A stretch of 61,706 bases of DNA, counting the filler. It is 5 parts of 5 records of this genome, joined end to end, with 100 filler letters (N's around TTAATTAATTAA, not from the genome) between each part and the next. Parts side by side here need not be neighbours in the genome. Positions count along the whole stretch, not along the records: positions 49,759 to 56,169 come from DRR723986_8383; positions 56,270 to 61,706 come from DRR723986_8389; 3 more parts are not named here. One strand, written 5' to 3'. Under the pieces are notes generated by a model that made no database searches, was not told where the DNA came from, and saw only the letters and a program-made list of their open reading frames with translations. This document shows positions 49,760 through 59,700 of this stretch, one piece after another. Position 1 is the stretch's first letter, and every line of letters starts with the position of its first letter. The translations under genes and the position numbers were made by a program.

Positions 49760-50923
49760 ATCACCGGGCGCGACCTGTTGGGCTGCGCCGTTGCGGCGGC
49801 GGTTTCGGCCAGCTTTAACGCACCGATTGCCGGGGCCCTGTTTGCGCTGGAGGTGGTGCTGCGCCATTTCGCCGTTCACGCCTTTGCGCCCATTGTCATC
49901 GCCTCGGTCGCGGGCACGGTGATCAACCGGCTGGAATTCGGCGACATGACGGAATTCCACCTGGGCACCGACAGCGCGCTGGAGTTCTACGTGGAATTGC
50001 CCGCTTTCATGTTGCTTGGATTGCTGGCGGGCGTCATTGCCGCCGTCTTCATGCGCGGAGTGTTCTGGGCCGAAGACATCGGCAATGACATCCAGAGGCG
50101 CACAGGGTTGCCGCGCTGGCTGCGCCCGGCTGTTGCCGGGGCGTTTCTTGGGGCGCTGGCCATCGCCTTTCCGCATATCATCGGGGTCGGCTATGAAACG
50201 ACCTCCGCCGCGCTGACGGGTGAACTGCTGCTGCATGAGGCCATCGTGTTCGCCATGCTCAAGGTCATCGCCGTGGGCATCACCATCGGGGGTCGGATGG
50301 GGGGCGGGGTCTTTTCGCCCTCGCTGATGATCGGGGCGTTGACGGGGTTGGCCTTCGGGATGATTGCCACGGGGATCTTCCCCGATGTGTCGGGGTCCGA
50401 GACGCTCTATGCCCTTGCGGGGATGGGGGCAGTGGCGGCGGCCGTTCTGGGGGCGCCGATTTCAACGACCCTGATCGTCTTTGAACTGACAGGCGACTGG
50501 CAGACGGGGCTTGCGGTGATGGTGTCGGTATCGCTGTCGACCGCCGTTGCCAGCCGGATGGTTGACCGGTCGTTCTTCCTGACGCAACTGGAACGGCGGA
50601 ATATTCACCTGGCCGCCGGACCGCAGGCCTATCTGCTTGGCATGTTCCGGGTGGCAAAGGTGATGCGGCCGCTGGATCATGAACGGACTGCCGACAGCGA
50701 GGCACTGCTGACGTTGGTGGACCAGGGCATCTACCTTGAAATGAACGCGACGCTGGAACGTGCAATGCCTGTGTTCGAGCGGACCGGGCTCGACATGATC
50801 CCGGTGGTGACGCTGGCCCCCGGCGACGCCCCCCCGGCGCTGGAAGGGGCGCTTTTTCAGGTCGATGCGTTGAAGGCCTACAACCGGGCCCTGGCCGCGA
50901 CGGCGGCGGAAGAGCATAGCTGA
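49760..50923 (+). CDS. ClC chloride channel/antiporter, 5'-truncated
   Basis: FNAPIAGALFALEV, GGVFSPS, APISTTLIVFELTG. Confidence 0.93.
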   Translation: MTGRDLLGCAVAAAVSASFNAPIAGALFALEVVLRHFAVHAFAPIVIASVAGTVINRLEFGDMTEFHLGTDSALEFYVELPAFMLLGLLAGVIAAVFMRGVFWAEDIGNDIQRRTGLPRWLRPAVAGAFLGALAIAFPHIIGVGYETTSAALTGELLLHEAIVFAMLKVIAVGITIGGRMGGGVFSPSLMIGALTGLAFGMIATGIFPDVSGSETLYALAGMGAVAAAVLGAPISTTLIVFELTGDWQTGLAVMVSVSLSTAVASRMVDRSFFLTQLERRNIHLAAGPQAYLLGMFRVAKVMRPLDHERTADSEALLTLVDQGIYLEMNATLERAMPVFERTGLDMIPVVTLAPGDAPPALEGALFQVDALKAYNRALAATAAEEHS

Positions 50924-50993
50924 TCTGACTTCGTGACCGGCCCGGCGCGTGCTAGGATGCAGATATTGATTGTCACATTTCAAGGATGTTCCG

Positions 50994-52097
50994 ATGCCCG
51001 TTTGCCGCCGTTCCCGCGCCGTATTCAGCCTGTGCCTGTCCCTGTGTCTGGCCGCCCCGGCCCATGCGGATGCGCCCGCTGCAAGTACCGCTTTTCGCGC
51101 GATGCTGGCCGCCATACCCGATGTGGAGGACGCCCCCGAAGGCAGCTATCAGATTGATTTCGGGGATCCGCGCGCCGCGCTGGCGATGCTGGAGTTAAGC
51201 GGCGCCGCGCCTTTCGACCCGGAGGAGCGGGCGCTGGCCGCGCTGTTGCGGGGCGCGACGCAGATCTTCGAGCGTTCGGCCTCGGCAGAGGAGGCCAGCT
51301 TTCGCGCCGCCAACGGGTTCGGCTTTGCCGATGTAGACACCAACCTGCAATATGCCCGCCCGCCCATTTGGCTGAACATGATCTCGCTTGGCTTCGGCGC
51401 GGGGGCGGTGCTGGCCGAAAACCTGCCGGGGGCCGGGTTCACGATGGACGAGCGGCACGGGCAGTCGGTGTTCTGGCGCGGGGAGGACGACAACGCGGTG
51501 ATGCTGCGGGATTTGCCGCCGGACGATCTCTATGGCGGGGCGATCCGGCGGTCGACCCGGTTGGCCCTGGCGGGCGATGTCCTGGCCTTTTCAAACGCTT
51601 GGGGTGTGCTGGATACGGTTCTGACCACCGATTTTCCGCGCATGACCGAGGATGCGGAAACTGCTGCGCTGCTGGATGCGCTGGACGCGGCCGCCGAAGC
51701 CGACGAACGCCTGATCCTTGCCAGTCTGTTTGTCGATGTGCTGCCCGCTGAATACCCCGGCAACCTGCTGGTTGCGGATCTCTTCGGTGATGACGGCCAT
51801 GTCACCCTCGTCACGCTGCTGCCGCACCAGATCCTGCCGGCAGAGGATCAGGCCGCCCGGTTAAGGGCGAACTGGTCTGGTCTGGCGATCAATGACGCGG
51901 GCGACAGCTTTGCCGATCTGCTTGGGGCCGCTGCGGCGACGGCGGTGATCGATACCGGCATGCCGGTGCTGGTCATGCGGTTTGACACACCGATTGATGC
52001 ACAAGCCGACTGGCTGGTGCCGAACCAGGCCTACCGGATCGTTCAAAGCGCACTGATGCGGCGAGATTTCGAGCGGTTGCTGTCCGACCAGCCGTGA
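50994..52097 (+). CDS. Hypothetical secreted protein
   Basis: SD AAGGA; signal peptide ending AHA; acidic mature region. Confidence 0.7.
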   Translation: MPVCRRSRAVFSLCLSLCLAAPAHADAPAASTAFRAMLAAIPDVEDAPEGSYQIDFGDPRAALAMLELSGAAPFDPEERALAALLRGATQIFERSASAEEASFRAANGFGFADVDTNLQYARPPIWLNMISLGFGAGAVLAENLPGAGFTMDERHGQSVFWRGEDDNAVMLRDLPPDDLYGGAIRRSTRLALAGDVLAFSNAWGVLDTVLTTDFPRMTEDAETAALLDALDAAAEADERLILASLFVDVLPAEYPGNLLVADLFGDDGHVTLVTLLPHQILPAEDQAARLRANWSGLAINDAGDSFADLLGAAAATAVIDTGMPVLVMRFDTPIDAQADWLVPNQAYRIVQSALMRRDFERLLSDQP

Positions 52098-52439
52098 TCA
52101 GAGCTTCTCGACAGCGACCAGGTTGGGATAGAAGGCCAGATAGCCCGCGATTTCGGCCACGTCGGCGTTCGGGGTCTCATAGCTCCAGGCGGCGTTCTTG
52201 ATCACGTTCGACTTGGTCACGATCGAGAAATAGACGGCATCCCCCTTGAACGGGCAATGGCTGGTCTGTTCGGACGCATCGAGGAAGGCCATGCCGATGT
52301 CTTCGCGGGGGAAGTAGATGACGGGGGGATAATCACCCTCGGTCAATTCAAGGGCGTTCCCGGATTCCCCCAGAACGGCCCCGCCTGCGCGCACCACCCA
52401 GGTGCCTTCTGCTTTGCGAATCTTGATGTGGCTGGTCAT
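52098..52439 (-). CDS. DUF427 family protein
   Basis: YFPREDI, CPFKGDAVYF, AAWSYETP. Confidence 0.93.
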   Translation of the reverse strand: MTSHIKIRKAEGTWVVRAGGAVLGESGNALELTEGDYPPVIYFPREDIGMAFLDASEQTSHCPFKGDAVYFSIVTKSNVIKNAAWSYETPNADVAEIAGYLAFYPNLVAVEKL

Positions 52440-52514
52440 TTATACATCCCTCTCCCTCGTCCATATGCTTGTGTCTTGCGGCATCATCTGCCGATTGCCT
52501 GTAACAGGGTTATG

Positions 52515-54332
52515 TCACAGGGGTGCCGTGGCCCGATCCAGCCAATCTGCCGCGTCAGGCGGCAGGTGCGGTCGCAGATTTTCGGCGGTTCGTGCATGAT
52601 AGGCGTCAACCCAGGCGATTTCGTCTGGATTCAGCGCCTCTGCGTCAATCAGACGCCGGTCAATGGGCGCCCATGTGATGGTCTCGAACTCCAGCATCTC
52701 GCGGTCGTCGGCCCCCGGCAATGCAGCGGCATCGGTTACCACGATCAGGTTTTCGATACGGATGCCGAATGCGCCTTCGCGGTAGTAACCCGGTTCATTG
52801 GACAGGATCATACCCGGTTGCAAAGGCAGGGTAGAGACGCGGCTGATACGCTGCGGGCCTTCGTGGACGGACAGGTAGACGCCAACGCCATGCCCCGTCC
52901 CGTGGTCAAAATCGCGCCCTGCCTGCCATAGCGGCATTCGCGCCAGCGAATCCAGATCGCGCCCGGAAATCCCCTTGGGAAAGCGCGCGCGGCTGACGGC
53001 AATCATGCCGCGCAGCACCTGCGTGAAAGCGGTGCGCTCTTCCTCGCCCACGTCGCCAACGGCAATGGTGCGGGTGATGTCGGTGGTGCCGTCCTCATAC
53101 TGTGCGCCGCTGTCGACGAGATAGATCTGTCCCGGTGTTATCGTCGCGTTGGACGCGTCGGACACCCGGTAATGGGGCAAGGCGGCGTGCGGACCGGCGG
53201 CAGAGATCGTGTCGAAGGAAATATCCTTCAGCACACCGGTTTCCGCCCGGATCTGTTCCAGCTGGCGCACGCAGTCGATCTCGGTCAGGTGGCCCTTGGG
53301 GGCCTCTTCGTCAAACCAGTGAAGGAAGCGGACAAAGGCCGCGCCGTCGCGGATATGGGCAGAGGTAGTGGCCCTGATCTCGGCGGCGGTCTTGCGGGCC
53401 TTGGGCAGGATACAAGGGTCTTGCCCGGCCACGATCTCGGCCCCGGCAGCGTTCAGCACCATGCGCACCCGGTGAGGCGCGGTCGCTGGATCGACGCGAA
53501 CTGGGCCGGACAGGGCCGAAAGCGCGGCTTCGAAATCATCCCAATGCCGGAGGGTGATATCTGGATCGGGGCCAAGGGCCGTGAACTTCTCAGGGTCACT
53601 GAACAGGGTCACGTGCCCCCGGCTGTCGAGGATCGCAAAAGCCTGCACAACCGGCAGATGGGGCAGGTCACCGCCACGGATATTGAGCAGCCAGCAGATG
53701 GAATCGGGCAAGGTCAGAACAACGGCGGCCTGTCCGGCCTTGGCCAGCACACCTGCGATTTCGGCCCGCTTTTCGCCCGAGGTCTTGCCGGCAATTTCCG
53801 CCGAGTAGGCGGTTGCAGGGGCATCGGGGCTGTCCGGCTGATCGGTCCAGATGCGGTCGATCGGGTTCGCCACCGGGCGCAGCGTGATCTGCGCGGGCGT
53901 CAGCGCTGCCTCCAGCCGGTCGATCTCCTGGGTGGTGTGCAGCCACGGATCGAACCCCACCACGCCGCCTTGCGGCAAGTGTTGTTTGAGCCAGTCTTCC
54001 AGCGCGGTTTCGGGCCAGGCGACCGGAGTGAAATCGGCCAGCGCTACCTGATCCTTGACCTGCACCCGGTAGCGCCCGTCGATGAACACGCCTGCGATAT
54101 CGGGCAAAATCGCGCAGAACCCGGCAGATCCGGTAAAGCCCGTCAGCCAGGCCAGCCGTTCATCTCGTGCAGCAACGTATTCGCCCTGATGGGCATCGGC
54201 GCGCGGCACCAGAAACCCCGACAGGCCCTCCTGCGCCAGATCGGCGCGCAAGGCGGCCAACCGCGGCGGGCCTTGATCGGGGCGGGTGGCGGCGGTGAAG
54301 GATTGGAACGGGGTAGGGCTGGTGTCTGTCAT
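52515..54332 (-). CDS. Xaa-Pro aminopeptidase (M24, aminopeptidase P family)
   Basis: DAHQGEY, DSGAQYEDGTTDITRT, HGTGHGVG, EPGYY, GIRIEN. Confidence 0.95.
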   Translation of the reverse strand: MTDTSPTPFQSFTAATRPDQGPPRLAALRADLAQEGLSGFLVPRADAHQGEYVAARDERLAWLTGFTGSAGFCAILPDIAGVFIDGRYRVQVKDQVALADFTPVAWPETALEDWLKQHLPQGGVVGFDPWLHTTQEIDRLEAALTPAQITLRPVANPIDRIWTDQPDSPDAPATAYSAEIAGKTSGEKRAEIAGVLAKAGQAAVVLTLPDSICWLLNIRGGDLPHLPVVQAFAILDSRGHVTLFSDPEKFTALGPDPDITLRHWDDFEAALSALSGPVRVDPATAPHRVRMVLNAAGAEIVAGQDPCILPKARKTAAEIRATTSAHIRDGAAFVRFLHWFDEEAPKGHLTEIDCVRQLEQIRAETGVLKDISFDTISAAGPHAALPHYRVSDASNATITPGQIYLVDSGAQYEDGTTDITRTIAVGDVGEEERTAFTQVLRGMIAVSRARFPKGISGRDLDSLARMPLWQAGRDFDHGTGHGVGVYLSVHEGPQRISRVSTLPLQPGMILSNEPGYYREGAFGIRIENLIVVTDAAALPGADDREMLEFETITWAPIDRRLIDAEALNPDEIAWVDAYHARTAENLRPHLPPDAADWLDRATAPL

Positions 54333-54410
54333 CGCGCGGAGCCTGCACCGGCGCGCGGGAATTGTCCATCGCTGCCGTTGCGACCCGGCGGCCCGGTGGG
54401 GCGCAATAGT

Positions 54411-55586
54411 CTAGCCGTCGTCGGCCGCCAGAAACCCGAGCAAGGTGGCAAGATAGTCTGGATAGGCGGCGTTTCCGGGCAACGGCATGTGGTTCGCCGT
54501 CTCCAGCACCACCAATTCAGCCCCTTTGATGCCAGCGGCCATCTTGCGGGCCTCTGACAGCGGGTGGATTGCATCGTGACGGGCGTGAAAGATCAGTGTG
54601 GGACAGTGAACGCGCGGCAATAGATCGGCGACCGAAGCAGTGTTGATCGAATCCCTGTGCGCGAGCGCAAAATCGCGCGATGTCGCTCCTTGCATGGCGG
54701 CGACAATATCGCGAACGGCGTCGAGCGGCCCTTCCGGGAAGTAGCTGAGCAGATAGCCCGACGCGAGCCCGCTGCGCGGCGCGTCCCAGCCGGCGTCGAT
54801 CATGCCCCGGATCGGCTCTGACGTCTCCGGGCTGCCGCGCCGCAGACGCCCGTCGACATAGCCGCCGGTGATTGCCAGCCGCGTCACCCGTTCGGGGTGG
54901 CGCGCTGCGAAGTGGATGGCCCGCAAACAGCCGCCGGAATCCGTGTGCAAGGCAAAGCGGTCGAGGCCCGCCGCATCGGCCACGATCTTCATATGCTCTG
55001 CCAGGGCGTCGAAATCGAACGTGGCTCCGTCGCGGCTCGACGCGCCAGACCCGAGCGCGTCGAAGCGCAGGAACGTGTTTTGACGCGCAATGGCGTCATA
55101 GGTTTCCCGCAGCGCGGGGATGCGCCCGTTGGAATCCAGATCCGTGGACATGACCGGGTTGGAATGCACGACTGGCGGGCCACTGCCGGTGACGGAATAG
55201 GCGATCTGGTGGCCCTCGGGCGTCGCGGCGTAGCGGATGCGCTGAACCGTCGGAGCGGTCTGGGGCGCGGGGTCTGGCGTTGCCTCTAGCCGTGCCACCC
55301 ATTGCAGGCCGCGCCGCGCAACAGTGCGGATCACCGCCTGCCGCTTGCCATCATCGCCCACGGCCTTGCGCGCCGCCGCGATGCGGGCGGAAATGGCGCT
55401 GTCGCTGACGATGCGGCCCTTCCAGACGGTCTCGATGATCTCATCGCGGGTCACGACGCGGCCCGCGTTGTCCACCAGCAGGCGGATCAGGTCGAAGACC
55501 TGTGGTTCAATGGTCACGGGCTGGCCCGCCCGGGTCAGGGTCAGGCTGTCGGTGTCCAGTTCGCAATCGGTAAATACGTGGCGCAT
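54411..55586 (-). CDS. CadC-like winged-helix regulator fused to an alpha/beta hydrolase
   Basis: EPQVFDLI..RVVTRDE..IRTVARRG; hydrolase elbow TDSGG, HARHD, NH. Confidence 0.88.
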   Translation of the reverse strand: MRHVFTDCELDTDSLTLTRAGQPVTIEPQVFDLIRLLVDNAGRVVTRDEIIETVWKGRIVSDSAISARIAAARKAVGDDGKRQAVIRTVARRGLQWVARLEATPDPAPQTAPTVQRIRYAATPEGHQIAYSVTGSGPPVVHSNPVMSTDLDSNGRIPALRETYDAIARQNTFLRFDALGSGASSRDGATFDFDALAEHMKIVADAAGLDRFALHTDSGGCLRAIHFAARHPERVTRLAITGGYVDGRLRRGSPETSEPIRGMIDAGWDAPRSGLASGYLLSYFPEGPLDAVRDIVAAMQGATSRDFALAHRDSINTASVADLLPRVHCPTLIFHARHDAIHPLSEARKMAAGIKGAELVVLETANHMPLPGNAAYPDYLATLLGFLAADDG

Positions 55587-55727
55587 GGCCGATTTAAGCC
55601 TCGCCACAAGGGTTTGCGCAAGCGTTGGATGCAACCACAGGGGTTTCTAAGGGATATCACAGGGCGGCCTTCAAGCGGGGTGGGTGGGCCAGTGTCAAAT
55701 TGGGCGACAGCAAAGGGAGACACCGCC

Positions 55728-55922
55728 ATGATAATCCAGCTCGACACCCGCATCACCCGGACACCGCCCCGTCATCTGACGCCGCCGACCGACCACGAGC
55801 GTAGCGCGGCAAAGCTGCGGCGCGAGGCCCGCCGCGCGCTGTGGCACCGGCTGGCTGTCCGGCTGTTCGATGTGGCGAAGCGTGGCCCGAAGGCCACCGC
55901 CCCCCTCAGCCCGCCTTCCTGA
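55728..55922 (+). CDS. Small basic hypothetical protein (64 aa)
   Basis: Strong SD AAAGGGAGA before ATG; divergent from the regulator. Confidence 0.55.
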   Translation: MIIQLDTRITRTPPRHLTPPTDHERSAAKLRREARRALWHRLAVRLFDVAKRGPKATAPLSPPS

Positions 55923-56169
55923 TCCCCAGTAATCGCGCCCGCGCGCGGGGGTCGCTGTCAAACAACGATGCCAGTTGCTCGGTCATCGCGCCGGCCAGCT
56001 GTTCGGCATCGGTGATGGTGACGGCCCGGTCGTAATATCGGGTCACGTCATGGCCGATGCCGATCGCCAGCAGCTCCACCGCCTTGCGCTTTTCGACCAT
56101 GGCAATCACGTCGCGCAGGTGCTTTTCCAGATAGTTCGACGGGTTCACCGACAGGGTGGAATCATCCAC
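55906..56169 (-). CDS. cobT: Cobaltochelatase subunit CobT, 3' end
   Basis: [30 protein letters not shown]. Confidence 0.93.
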   Translation of the reverse strand: MDDSTLSVNPSNYLEKHLRDVIAMVEKRKAVELLAIGIGHDVTRYYDRAVTITDAEQLAGAMTEQLASLFDSDPRARARLLGIRKAG

Positions 56170-56269
56170 NNNNNNNNNNNNNNNNNNNNNNNNNNNNNNN
56201 NNNNNNNNNNNNNTTAATTAATTAANNNNNNNNNNNNNNNNNNNNNNNNNNNNNNNNNNNNNNNNNNNN
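56170..56269. other. Artificial contig spacer
   Basis: N44-TTAATTAATTAA-N44. Confidence 0.99.
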
Positions 56270-56270
56270 C

Positions 56271-57137
56271 TACGCGCTTTACCCGCATATGTCGGTGCGC
56301 GGCAATATGGAATACGGGCTGCGCAACGAGGGGCGGCCGCGCGCCGAAATAAACCAGCGCATCGACGAGGCCGCGCGCATGCTGCAGCTGACAGCGCTGC
56401 TTGATCGGCACCCAAGGCAGCTGTCAGGCGGGCAACGCCAGCGCGTGGCCATGGGGCGTGCTATTGTGCGCAACCCCAAGGTATTTTTATTCGACGAACC
56501 GCTGTCAAACCTCGATGCCAAATTGCGCACCCAGCTGCGGGCCGAGCTGAAAGCGCTGCATAAAAAATTGGGCGCAACCTTTGTCTACGTCACCCATGAC
56601 CAGGTCGAGGCCATGTCGCTGGCCGATCGCATTGCCATTCTCAATGGCGGTGAAATTCAACAACTGGCCGCCCCGCTGGATATTTACCACCACCCGGCAA
56701 ACAGGTTTGTGGCAGAATTCATCGGCAACCCCGCCATGAATATTCTCGAAGGGCAGATGTCTGGCGATGGCTGCATGCTGATGGATCAGGGCCAGCCAGT
56801 GCTGCGCCTACCCACACCCCTTGCCCATAGCGCGGGCCAGCCGCTGGCCATTGGCATCCGCCCCGAACATCTGCGCACGGCGCCTTTCGAGGCGGGCAAC
56901 GAACAGCGTGGCATGGCAAGCCTGCAGGTCAGGGTAGATTTTACCGAACACCTTGGGGCCGATTGCATCGTGCACGCGCGCCTGGAAAATGGCGCCACTG
57001 TCGCGCTGCGTTTGGGGGGCAACGCGCGCGGCATCGCGGCGGGCAGCGCCCTGTCGCTTTGCGCAGATCCGCTAGATTTGCATTTCTTCGACCGGCATAG
57101 CGGCCAGCGCATCCAGGCCCGCGCTGCCCTGCTGTGA
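56271..57137 (+). CDS. Carbohydrate/G3P ABC ATPase (UgpC/MalK-like), 5'-truncated
   Basis: [40 protein letters not shown]. Confidence 0.93.
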   Translation, partial: YALYPHMSVRGNMEYGLRNEGRPRAEINQRIDEAARMLQLTALLDRHPRQLSGGQRQRVAMGRAIVRNPKVFLFDEPLSNLDAKLRTQLRAELKALHKKLGATFVYVTHDQVEAMSLADRIAILNGGEIQQLAAPLDIYHHPANRFVAEFIGNPAMNILEGQMSGDGCMLMDQGQPVLRLPTPLAHSAGQPLAIGIRPEHLRTAPFEAGNEQRGMASLQVRVDFTEHLGADCIVHARLENGATVALRLGGNARGIAAGSALSLCADPLDLHFFDRHSGQRIQARAALL

Positions 57138-57236
57138 CAGCGGATGATTGTCTGCGCCACGTCATGTTCAATATCGACAATCGCGCCCGCGGCTGACATC
57201 ACTGAACCATCGGCGCAGTCGGCAAAAGGATATCTG

Positions 57237-58427
57237 ATGGCAGACCCCCGCTACATCGTGCTCTTTGGGGCCTGCCTGACGCAATTTACCGTAATCGGGA
57301 TGTTGTTTTCCTTTGGCCTGTTTCTGCCCTCGTTCGAGGCCGAGCTTGGCTGGTCACGCACCTTTTTATCCAGCTGCACGGCGCTGGCCTTTTTCATCAT
57401 GGGCGTTCTGGCCATGCCGGGCGGGCGGCTCAGCGATGCGCTGGGGCCGCGCATTGTGCTGGCGGTGACAGGCACGCTTTATGGGTTCGGCTTTATGCTG
57501 ATGGGCCAGGTCAGTGCGCAGTGGCAGCTTTTGGTGATCTTCGGCACGCTCATCGGCCTTGGGCTCAGCAGCCATGACGTGGTGACGCTGTCGACCATCG
57601 CGCGCTGGTTTCCAAACCGGCGCGGCATCATGAGCGGGGTGGTCAAGGTGGGCACAGCCATTGGCCAGATTACACTGCCCCTGGGCGCGGCGCTGTTGAT
57701 TGTATCTTTTGGCTGGCGCGAGGCGCTTTTGATGCTGGGCGTCATGTCATCGGTCCTGCTACTGATTGCGGCCCTGGCCATGCGCCGCCCCCCGGCGCCC
57801 GCAACCGGCACCGCAGCCAGCGCCACTGGGGCCAGCTTTGCCGAGGCGCGCCAGGGTGTGGGCGCGCGGGTGTTCTGGACGCTATGCGCCACGCAGTTTT
57901 TGTTCTTTCCAGCACTTATGTCTGTGCCGCTGCATTTGGCGGTGCATGGTATGGATCTGGGCATGTCGCAAACGCTGGCCGCCACCATGCTGTCTGTCAT
58001 CGGGGGGGCCAGCATTGCCGGCCGTCTGCTTATGGGCGCGCTGGTCGACCGTATCGGCGGCAAACAGGCCTACAGCCTGTGCCTGCTGGTCCTGTTTGCC
58101 AGCCTGGGCGCACTATCGCTGACCAGCGCGCATGGCAGTTTGTTTGCTGTTGTGGCGGTCTATGGCTTTAGCCATGGGGCGCTGTTTGTTGTGGTCTCGC
58201 CCACGGTTGCAGAATATTTCGGCATGCGCGCGCATGGGGCCATTTTTGGCACGGTGCTGTTTTTTGGCACGCTGGGCGGCTCTGTTGGGCCCATTCTAAC
58301 GGGCTGGGTTTTTGACCAGTTTGGCAGTTACACCCCCGCCTTCATCACGCTGGCGCTATGCGCGGCCATTGCGCTTTTGCTGGTGCGCACCCTGCCCAAG
58401 CCGCAGGCCATTGCGCACAGCGGCTAA
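57237..58427 (+). CDS. MFS transporter (monocarboxylate/OFA-like)
   Basis: 12 TMs, GRLSDALGPR, GALVDRIGGK; SD AAGGA. Confidence 0.92.
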   Translation: MADPRYIVLFGACLTQFTVIGMLFSFGLFLPSFEAELGWSRTFLSSCTALAFFIMGVLAMPGGRLSDALGPRIVLAVTGTLYGFGFMLMGQVSAQWQLLVIFGTLIGLGLSSHDVVTLSTIARWFPNRRGIMSGVVKVGTAIGQITLPLGAALLIVSFGWREALLMLGVMSSVLLLIAALAMRRPPAPATGTAASATGASFAEARQGVGARVFWTLCATQFLFFPALMSVPLHLAVHGMDLGMSQTLAATMLSVIGGASIAGRLLMGALVDRIGGKQAYSLCLLVLFASLGALSLTSAHGSLFAVVAVYGFSHGALFVVVSPTVAEYFGMRAHGAIFGTVLFFGTLGGSVGPILTGWVFDQFGSYTPAFITLALCAAIALLLVRTLPKPQAIAHSG

Positions 58428-58458
58428 AGACACATACCAACACGGATCACGGGGCAAA

Positions 58459-59376
58459 ATGAACGCGCTGAGTAACGGTATCGAGGGGGCACGCGCCATT
58501 TGGCACCGCCAAACGCCTGTCTTGCGCGGCATCGTGTTGATGTGCCTGTCAACCGTGGCCTTTTCCATCATGCACGGGCTGGTGCGCTTTGTGTCCGAGG
58601 TATTGCCCCCCTTTCAGATCGCCTTTTTCCGAAATATTTTCGGCCTGGCGTTTCTGCTGCCACTTTTGATGCGCTCGCGGTTTTCGATATTGCGCACAAA
58701 GCGCATCGGTTTGCATGCATTGCGGGGCATCATCAACATTATCGCGATGTTGATGTTTTTCACCGCCCTATCCATCTCGCCCATCGCCAAAGTAACTGCG
58801 CTTAGCTTTACCGCGCCCATTTTTATGGCCATTCTCGCCGTTTTTGTGCTGCGCGAACGGTTTCGCATTTACCGATGGCTGGCCATTCTATCTGGCTTTA
58901 TCGGCATGCTGATCATCCTGCGCCCCGGCCTGGTGGCCATCGATACCGGCGCATTGCTTGTCACCGCCTCGGCCGGGCTGTGGGCCATTGCCCTGCTGCT
59001 GATCAAAATCTTGTCGCGCACCGAGGCCAGCCTGACCATCGTGGCCTATATGGGCATTTTTCTGGGGGTCTTCTCGATCTTTCCGGCGCTTTGGGTATGG
59101 CAGCCTTTTGGCATGCAAACACTGTTTTGGCTGGCATTGATCGGGCTATTCGGCACAATTGCGCAAATGTCGCTTAGCCAGTCGCTAAAGGAAACAGATC
59201 CAACGGCCCTAATGCCCTTTGATTTTCTAAAACTGGTCTGGACCGCATTGATCGGCGCCTGGTTTTTTAGCGAAATTCCAGATGTTTATACGCTAATTGG
59301 GGCGGCGGTTATTTTTGCATCAGGCTTTTTCATCGCCTTGCGCGAACAAAAGGCCCCGCCGCAGGCCAATGCGTAA
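58459..59376 (+). CDS. DMT/EamA family transporter
   Basis: 10 TMs, QIAFFRN, LRER, ILRPG. Confidence 0.9.
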   Translation: MNALSNGIEGARAIWHRQTPVLRGIVLMCLSTVAFSIMHGLVRFVSEVLPPFQIAFFRNIFGLAFLLPLLMRSRFSILRTKRIGLHALRGIINIIAMLMFFTALSISPIAKVTALSFTAPIFMAILAVFVLRERFRIYRWLAILSGFIGMLIILRPGLVAIDTGALLVTASAGLWAIALLLIKILSRTEASLTIVAYMGIFLGVFSIFPALWVWQPFGMQTLFWLALIGLFGTIAQMSLSQSLKETDPTALMPFDFLKLVWTALIGAWFFSEIPDVYTLIGAAVIFASGFFIALREQKAPPQANA

Positions 59377-59437
59377 GACCACAGGTTTAGGATATTTCCG
59401 GCCCAAGGATGCGTACACCGGGTTTAGCCCAGCCCGC

Positions 59438-59638
59438 CTACCCCGCAAAGGCCCAGCGTTGCAAAACCGCCAAGGCATGCGCGCGGTTCAGCGGCTCTAG
59501 CGATGCGTTTGGGGCGGCAAAATCAAATTCAAACGGCTCTTCTGTTTGGCACAGATGACAGCCGATTTTCGTGCTGGTGTAATAAATATCCGTCGCCCCA
59601 CAGGCCGGGCAGCGGGCGGTGACATCATCGTTAAACAT
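59438..59638 (-). CDS. Small zinc-ribbon protein (66 aa)
   Basis: SD GAGGG; CPACG...CHLC. Confidence 0.6.
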   Translation of the reverse strand: MFNDDVTARCPACGATDIYYTSTKIGCHLCQTEEPFEFDFAAPNASLEPLNRAHALAVLQRWAFAG

Positions 59639-59700
59639 GGGGCCCTCATTCTTTGCCCACAACATAGGGCGCAGCGCCCGGGCTTCCATAAGCCCAGGCG

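Noticed and set aside
13594-56269. Four recurring TTAATTAATTAA motifs in N runs, and ORFs containing X runs or ending XXXLIN
   Set aside because: Artificial six-frame-stop linkers between contigs. They are not biological repeats, and no gene linkage across them is valid.
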